Position numbers and translations under genes: made by a program
Shown: piece after piece, positions 53,871 through 64,000 of the stretch
Numbering within the stretch: the stretch's first letter is position 1
Layout: every line of letters starts with the position of its first letter
Notes under the pieces: generated by a model
The model's database searches: none
The model's input: only the letters and a program-made list of their open reading frames with translations
Told to the model about the DNA's origin: nothing
NCBI RefSeq assembly: GCF_009914755.1
Contig: NC_060932.1
DNA: 64,000 nucleotides
Source: the human T2T-CHM13v2.0 reference genome, Homo sapiens
Direction: 5' to 3' (one strand)

Positions 53871-55471
53871 GACCAGTAACACCCAGATCCTAGGCCTGAG
53901 AAACTGGAGAATGAAATTACCACGTACTGACACAGTAAGACCAAATGAGAAAAAGGTTTTAAAGGTAAAGGCAAGACACCAGAAGCTCCGTTTTGGGCTT
54001 GTCTTTAGGATATCGCTTGTCACCCTACTATAACTGTCAGGTCAGGAAACAACACCAGTGCTCGTCCAGTCCACGCGGATGGCCATGTGCAAGGAAAGGA
54101 GCCTGGAAGCCTGAGGTTGCAGAGATGGGCAGGCCAGGACCTGGCTCAGCCACTGCAGCTTCATGCATGGGTGCTGCCTGAAGAAGGGTGTGAGCAGAGT
54201 GGTATGACCAGGATTTCATTTTAACACAATGCCCTGGTGACAACATGGAAAAAAACACTAGGAAAAGCCCTGTATGGATGGCAAATATTTACATGCTAAT
54301 AATAGGAAATTCTTAACATATGTGAATATGTTTAGATTAAATTGCAGAAAATCATTTTAAGAGTACTGGTTTTATTTCTCTTTCTATCCATACAGATTCC
54401 TTCTTATTTAGCATTTCCTGCCATTTCACACAATGACAAGTTGTGTAGAACTAGCAGGGGAGCTACTGTACCATCATCTGCTGTAGGCACCTAAGTCCTT
54501 TCCATCCCTGCTCAACTGCAGGTCAGCTATGCCTCTGGGAATCAGCATCCTTCAGACTGGAGAAGGACTTTTTAATTAATAAAATTTGACTTGCCAATAT
54601 TTGATTTACATCCTACTATTTAGAGATACATGTTTATATACAGAATCTGCCTACCAAAAAATTGTCTTCCTTTCTCTTCCTTTACAGAGAAAACAGCACA
54701 ACTTTACCAAGCATACCAAGATAAATTTTGTCCTTAAAATAAAAATAAGAACCTACATTTTTAATCCCAGACTAGCTTGTACAGACAACAAATCTTTCAA
54801 TCCTGAGTAATGTAGTCATTTCCCTATAATTCACCTTGATCTCAATTATTGATAATGAAAATGAATTAATGAAATGAATAATTATTCATTTTGGGGTTAT
54901 AAAAATGTGACAAAAACACTATGCTTAGAAGAGTTGATTCATGATTGAAATAGTCTGTAGTAGAATTTTAACAAAAACCTTATAATATCCTCACTAAATT
55001 CACAGAACAGCCTTCAATTCAAATCTGTATGTTCACGATATGTTTTAATAGTTATTATTTTATTTTGTCCTCAAAATAACTTTGTGAAGAAGATATTACT
55101 TTTTTTCAGTAACAACAGGAGGAAGGGGAAGCAATTTTCCACTTAATCTATTTTCCTAAAGATTTAATTTCCTGAGAGAGCTCAAGACAATTTATATTCC
55201 ATGAATCTTGAAATGTAAAGCACCAAGAGCCACAACATAGCCGGACGCTGGGGCAAAGCCATGCAGGGAAGAGGGGAGCTGTTGAAATATATAGGATCAC
55301 CCCCAAAACTGGCAACCTCCCCTTCTCACAAAAAAAAATAAACCTTATTCTCATTGAAGGATTTCAGACTAACATTTTCATAACTATCTCTACTATCAGT
55401 TCAGCTTCAACAGTGACTCCTTTCCCCTGCTGACATATGACCACCTGACATAAGAAAAAATGGAGATTCCA

Positions 55472-56400
<929 letters not shown>

Positions 56401-56892
56401 AGAGATTTCACTTTCTTAAAGAGAAGAAAGAACCTGGCCTGATCCACTTGTTCCATTGATTAAAGATTAAAGAGGACAGACAGCCGAAGGGCCAAAGAGC
56501 AGAGCAGAAATTAAAGATGCAACTGGATTCACATTGCAGAGGAAAAAGTCAACTTGTGAAACTGTAAAAAACACTCACTCCATCACTGTGTATGACAGCC
56601 CCATCCAACTGAGGAGATGGAGGAATTGGAAAGTACCCAAGGTCAAACAGGATGGTTTCATGTTTATGTAGTTCAAATCTATTTTGTTTCCAGGAAAATA
56701 TGTTCCCAAATCACTTGGTGGTTTTGATCAAGTTAAGAAAATATTACCTTATGTTTCTAAAAGAGGATTTGTTTTGCACACTGGTCATGTCATAGCCAGT
56801 AAGGTTTATCTGAGGTGTGATTATTGCTAATTGACAGCTTTTCTAGAAGAGGATTCCTTTCTTTTTGTCTCCTCAGGCAACTTTATCGCAAA

Positions 56893-57068
56893 TAATGTTG
56901 TATATTTAACAAATAACACAAGACATCAGTTAAATTTGAATTTTGGAAAAACAATAATTTTGAGTACAAGTATACCCCAAATATCACCTAGAACATAAAC
57001 TTTAAAAATTACTTGTTTATCTGAAATTCAAATTTAACTGGGTGTCTTGTATTTGATCCAGGAACCTT
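56893..57068. mobile_element. MER53 palindromic hAT MITE
   Basis: Inverted arms cagttaaatttgaattt / aaattcaaatttaactg. Confidence 0.8.
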
Positions 57069-57487
57069 AATCCCGAAGTAACTAAAAAAGAATCTCAAGC
57101 CGGGATTTTCATTCTCCTGACTCACTGAATGCACCATGAAAAATCTCATCAGTCTGGCATTTTATCTGAGGAGCTTATCTGAGAAATCCTGTAATTAATT
57201 AGAAATGGCCAAATCTAGAGGCATCAAAGGAGCTTTCTTTCTTGTTATCTCCTACAGACCTCTCCTTTTACCTCCTCCTGGTGTCCCAAAAGAAAACGTA
57301 GCTACTTTGGTTCTTAAAACACCTGCCTCCCGATATTGCTATATTTTGAAGCTTTTGAGGTAGAAACTGCTTCAGTGACTGGGACCTGTTCTGTCTGCTA
57401 CACACCAAAAAGCCCCAGTATCAACAGGGATGTTCCATTTTATAGGCAGACTCAGAAGGACTCACCTTAAAAATAATCACCACTTCC

Positions 57488-57596
57488 GGCTCACACCTGT
57501 AATCCCAGCATCTTGGGAGGCCAAGATGGGTAGATCACTTAAGGTCAGGAGTTTGAGACCAGTGTGGCCAACAGACGTGAGCCACTTTTCCCCACC
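57488..57596. mobile_element. Fused Alu fragments in opposite orientation
   Basis: Sense left-arm piece ending ggccaACA continues as an antisense Alu head ACAgacgtgagccac. Confidence 0.75.
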
Positions 57597-57619
57597 TGTT
57601 TTTTGTTTCTTTAACAAAA

Positions 57620-58440
57620 ACTGATAGGAATTTCTATGGGTATTGTGTTGACTCTAAATCAAATTGGGTTATATAATCATGTAACAATATTAATTTTTCC
57701 AATCTATCAATATGGGTTATATCTCTATATATGTTTTTAATTATTTTGATCAATGTTTGTAGATTTCAAGGTACAAACTTCTCACCTTTTAACATTTATT
57801 CCTAAGTATTTCTTACTTTAAGTTCTCTAGCAGATGGAAGAGTTTTTTAATTTTCTTTTAAAATTGTTTATTCTTAATGTCTGAAAATTGAATTAATTTT
57901 TGGTGCTGATATTATATTCTGCAAATACACTGAATGTGTTTATTAGTTCCAGTAGTATATTGGCTGTTTGTGATTTTCTACACAGAAGATCATGTCATCT
58001 ACATAAGAATATAATTTTACTTCTTTCTTTCTGATTTGGATGAGTTTTATTTCTTTTGCTATTTAATTGCTGTGGCTGAGACAGCGAGTATTTATTGAAT
58101 AGAAGGGGTGAGAGCATTCTTGCATCATGCGAGATCTTACAGGAAAAGCATTCCATTTTCCCTGCTTGGTTATTTCAGCTGTGGTTATTTCATGGATGAT
58201 CTTTCTATTGTTGAGGTAAATTTCCTTCTCTATTTTGTTTAGGATTTCGACTAGATGTTGAATTTTGTGAAATGCTTTTACTCCATCTATTGAGATGATG
58301 TGGTTTTCATCATTCATTCTGTTCAAGTGGTATATCACACTGATTTGCTTGAATATGTTGAACCATCCTTGCATCCCAGAAATATGTGGCATTGGGATAT
58401 CTACAATCATTTTTATATCCTCTTGAATACAGGTTGCCAG
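57620..58440 (-). mobile_element. L1M ORF2 (RT region) fragment
   Basis: Minus ORF 58063-58410 has GMQGWFNI..SVIYHLNR..NHIISIDGVKAFHKIQH, an L1 RT motif. Confidence 0.85.
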
Positions 58441-58442
58441 TA

Positions 58443-59458
<1,016 letters not shown>

Positions 59459-59473
59459 GATGTCAAGCCCCTT

Positions 59474-59942
59474 CTCTTCCTCTCTCTGCCATTGTGGTGT
59501 GTGCTTGACGCCACTTCTCACCATGTCTTCTCACAAGGCTTTTAGGATTAAATGATTCCTGGCCAAGAAACAAAAGCAAAAATCATCCCATTCCCCAGTG
59601 GATTGGGATGAAAACTGGCAATAAAATCAGGTACAACTCCGCCCGCCTCGGCCTCCCAAAGTGCTGGGATTACAGGCGTGAGCCACGGTGCCCGGCCTTT
59701 GGAGACATTGGAGAAGAACCAAGCTGGGTCTCTAAGGAATTGCACATGAGATGGCACACATATTTATGCTGTCTGAAGGTCACAATCATGTTACCATATC
59801 AAGCTGAAAATGTCACTACTATCTGAAGAGTTGGACATGTTTTATTGGGAATATATTTTTTCTCTCTGAATCTGTTACAAACAGGTTGGTTGGCTGGGTT
59901 CAGTAATAAATATGTGAGACTTTTCATTTCAAAAAAAAAAAA
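59474..59942 (+). pseudogene. RPL39P: RPL39 processed pseudogene
   Basis: Pyrimidine-rich 5' UTR; ATG at 59523 reads [18 protein letters not shown], +1 frameshift, [18 protein letters not shown] / [10 protein letters not shown]; no introns; AATAAA 59905-59910 and poly(A) 59931-59942. Confidence 0.95.
59638..59697 (-). mobile_element. 60-bp Alu 5' head inserted in the RPL39 pseudogene
   Basis: Reverse complement GGCCGGGCACCGTGGCTCACGCCTGTAATCCCAGCACTTTGGGAGGCCGAGGCGGGCGGA; no tail, no TSD. Confidence 0.95.
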
Positions 59943-60169
59943 GAATCACCACTTCCACATAGGTTTTGAGGAGGTTAAACATCCTATGATCCCCATTCTA
60001 TAGACCAGAACAGTTGGCACCACTCCTGTGATCACTGTTTCTGAAATTCTGCCATCTAACCAAAACTTCCTTTTCTTCCACAATGCTCGCTCACCTACTT
60101 GGATTTTAGTTTCTTTAGTGGCCACTCTAACTTTCCTTAATACATGTTTCAGCTCCATTTATTGATTTC

Positions 60170-62650
60170 CCAGTGTTAGACTATTTTTATGGACTCTCAT
60201 CCATGAAATATTAATGTTTGTATATTACAATTCTTCCACCTCATCTGCCTCCCCTCCCTTTCTAATTCAATAAACCATTATCTTATGTTCTTGTTTTTAA
60301 ATAATTGTATATGTAAATCTCTGTATTTGATTTATGTGCTTTATGTATTGTCTTCCGTGTGCTCACAATGCAGCATAAAGAAAGCCCTTCGCCTCCTGTT
60401 CTAGCCCTTCCATCCCACTCCTGCTCTCCTGCATTCTATTACTACTTCTACATCATCGAGATCTGGCAAGCTTATATCCAATCCTGTAACCAGAATCCCT
60501 GTGGGTAGCATTTATCCTTGATTCTATTTTCAATTGTTTCTCTTTTTATCTCTTGTTTGGCTAGATATCTTCATCAGTTCCTTCAAAAAGGCTCAGACAG
60601 TATTTCCTGAGTTTTGAATAACAGAAAATATCTGTTGCCATTAGAGTTGAACTAAGTAAGCACCATATAAAATTCTTATTTCTCCACTATCTCCTCACAT
60701 TAAAAGGTGCTGCTGAGTCTGAGACCAACATGGCTTTCCCTCTTTGTTTTGTTTGTTTTGATTCACAGAGTTCTGCCTCTGTTTAGCCTGTAACATTACC
60801 AGAATATCATAAGGATCATTTTGTCTCTTTTCTTCTGGAACAAAGGGTGCCATTTTAATTTGAAGACTTGGACACTCCTTTATTTTAAAAAAAGTTTTCT
60901 TCTTCTTTATGTCTTTGAAATTTTTCTGCTTTGTCTTTATGTCACTTTGTGTCTCTATTGAGACCCCAGGTGCATCAACTGGAAAATAATATTTCCTAGT
61001 TCCTTTCATAAATCTTTATTTATACAAGGTCTCTCTTATTTTATTTTATTTTATTTTATTATTTTCTATATTTTGTCCTTTATTATAATTACTTTTCTCC
61101 ATAGCCACCTATTCTATTATATTTAATTTATATATACTTCTAATAAATTCTCTATATGCTTATTTATTAATACATGTGTGTATTTGTGAAAATATATAGT
61201 ATTTTACTATGTGCATATTTTTAACCTACATAAATAATATTCTGAACTATTCTTCCTATTTTTCACTCACTGTATGTTCTGATATCTAACCATGGCTCTA
61301 GGTAAATCCTAGATTGTTATTTCTGGTTGCTGTCCAATACCCTACATATGAGGCCCAGGGTTTATTCCTTAATTCCCCTACCTATGGCCACCCACCTTAC
61401 CTCCAATTCCTTAACAAAACTATGATTTATTAAACATTTCTGTACATATCTCTTCATGGACTTGTACAAAATTTTTCTTGGAAGAAGTAACCAGGAATTG
61501 GCTTCCTGGGTTATAGAAACATATATTCTTAATATTATTTAGATGTTGGGTGACTAGTTGAAGCTGCAACTAACAGTGTTCAAAGATTCCCTATTACTCA
61601 TATTTTCACCAGCACTTAATGTGAATCAGTTTTCTAATTTTTCCTATCCATGTGGACTCAAAGTCATCTCTTACTGTTGTTTTAATTTCATTTCTCATTT
61701 ACTAAGATAGCTAAACATCTCTTCACGTTTTATTAAACATTCAGTTTTCTTCTTCTGCAAAATGCCTATTTAAACCCTTTGTCCATTTTCTATCAGGTTT
61801 ATTGTATTTCCCTTTCTGACTTCTAATAGTCTAGATATTGATTCTTGTTGTCATTAGACATTGCAAATATCTTCATCTAGTCCATCAACCAGTTATTAAT
61901 TTTTTCTTTGCTGTCCTTTATAGAATAGGAATATTTAGTTTTGACCTAATAAAATCTATCTATTTTTTCACTTATGGTTTTTACTTTGGCAAATTTTAAA
62001 TAAATTACTCCTACTTAAAAGTCCCAAGGATATTTTCCTACATTTTATTCTATTTGATTTGTAATTTTATTTTTCACATTTAGAATACAAATTGACCTGG
62101 AGCTCACCTCTATGTCCAAAGTTAAAAGGGTTTAATGTTTTCTTCCAAATACAATAGTGGGCCAATTTTTCAAGTCTCATCAACAAGTAAGGCGTGCTTC
62201 CCACTAATTCACTTTGCCTCTGCTACCACACATCAAGCTTGGTGAATATGGGTTTTCTTCTCTGCTTTGCTAGGTTCTTGGTTGGCTCCCACAGACAACC
62301 ACACATTCCATGAGGATGGCCTTGTAAAATGGGATGCATGCCAACTCTTTGCCCTACTTTTTCAAAATTGCCTAACCTTTTTGTGGAGCCTTATTCTTTC
62401 ATAAAAATTTCAGAATCAGTTCGCCAAGCACTCACAAACATCTGCTGGGATTTTAATTCAAACTGAATTGAATGTATAAACTATTTGGGAAAAATTAGCA
62501 TTTTTGTCATTACCTGGAGTTTCCAAAATGTTTTTAAATTTTTTCTAATTTTTCACCCTAAAGATATCGTCCATTCTTTGCCAGGTAATTTTCTAGAAAC
62601 TCTGTAGTTTTATTGTTATTTTAATTGATAATTTATTTTCATCATTTCTC
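60170..62650 (-). mobile_element. Old L1M (L1ME/MD-like) fragments
   Basis: T-rich antisense L1 motifs (gttttaatttcatttctc; ttgcaaatatcttc; gaatgtataaactatttgggaaaaatt). Confidence 0.65.
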
Positions 62651-64000
62651 TAGATGAGTAGTAGTGATGTGTATGACTGCTCATCACACCCCGTGTATGT
62701 CATGAGGGCTTGTGTCGTGGTTGAGATTGTATGTATGTAAATGTATGTATGTGTGTGCTTGTGAATAGCAGCCTCAGAGCAACTGACACCTGGCAGTTGT
62801 TCCTTACAAAGATGTCTCTGGAGCTTCTGCCTCCACTGGGCACCCTTCCACTCTGCAATATGCAGTGAGGTCAGGAACCCTGCAGGTACCCTGTGACCCC
62901 AGACCACACCGGTTCATGTAAAGGAGTGTGGGTTGGCCCCATTAGAATTGTGCCACCCACTACTGGAAAATGTGGCCCAACATGAAATTTCAGAAATATG
63001 TTTCCACTCTTTGTGCTCTCCATTCATTCCGCTCAAACTGTATTGTATTTGGCAAATATTTTTATCACACGATTTAGGATTATGAAAAGTAAGTTTTTCT
63101 TCACCTTTTTTTCTTGCTTTTAGCAGTTTCAAGGAGATAACTGTCTTCACTCTGCTATTTCTAACTGGAATGTCTCTAAATCTCGACCTGTCCATCCAAT
63201 TTTCTCCATGTCTGCTGCTGTCACCGGAGTTTAAACCACCAACAACAGCAAAGGGTTACTCAGCATCCTTTCCTGCCCCCGCCAATCCGATGCCCACCCT
63301 ACAACCAGACTGTTCTACTTCTTAAGACGCAAGACGGATCACATCACACTCAGTCCTGGCCTTGCTCTGAGGGTAAAACGCCAACTCCTTCCAGGGGGCC
63401 ACCATGACCGTCTCTGTCTCCTTCCTCCCCGGGACCTCCGCGCTCTCGCAGCGCTTCTGGATTCACATCGCAGCTTGTGTCATCGTCTGTTCTGGGAAGA
63501 CAGCTGGCTGAGTTTTATTTCTGATGCGTTTTTAAAACTAAGGTCAACTACACCTGAAAGCGATCCCAGTAAAATGCCCTGAAAAAGTGCTAAACAAAAC
63601 ACCCTGTGAAAATTTCATACCACCACCATTGTCCCACCTCTACTCTGAATGTATTGGCTCGGCTTCTTGACAATTTGTTAGGACCTTTTTTAACCCTGTA
63701 ACAATAGATCCACTGTCAGACCCAAGATACAGGCTAACCTCTGAGGAAAGAGGAACTCAAACAATTGGTTTTGTTAACATCTGTCAACGAAGATGTGTCT
63801 CTCAGTTTCCCACTAAAGCAACTATGAAAAAAGAAAACAGAAAAGATGAAATGCACACAACCTCCAAAGCCTGGTGCCAGAATCTTAGAACTCTATTCAT
63901 TAAAAAGACTTTCCACTAAAGAATTTCTTTTCCACTAAAAGTAAGGTTGATGAAAATGAGCTGAAAACACACACACACAAACACACATATGCACACAGCA

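Noticed and set aside
59608-59826. 72-aa [26 protein letters not shown]...
   Set aside because: Chance fusion of RPL39 pseudogene, antisense Alu and 3' UTR; no promoter or expression evidence

Overview
This is primate (very probably human) non-coding genomic DNA, identified by Alu, L1PA, THE1 and HSMAR2 sequences. No intact protein-coding gene is supported; the supplied ORF track is explained by Alu, L1 and simple-repeat reading frames. Roughly half the window is transposon-derived: about 14 Alus or Alu fragments, a near full-length old L1MA with a nested THE1 LTR, MER51/MLT LTRs, Tigger, MER44, MER53 and HSMAR2 DNA transposons, and L2/MIR remnants. It also holds an RPL39 processed pseudogene, several CpG-rich patches with CTCF-like motifs, and candidate non-coding exons suggesting a spliced minus-strand lncRNA or 5'UTR. 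I see no convincing new multi-gene system. The most unusual signals are a cluster of non-canonical microhomology junctions at 57.5-59.7 kb (including a tail-less Alu head inside the RPL39 pseudogene), a CpG-rich domain built on ancient transposons, and a chimeric MLT1/MLT2 LTR. Repeat subfamily names come from my memory of consensus sequences, not from a search, and boundaries of old repeats are approximate.
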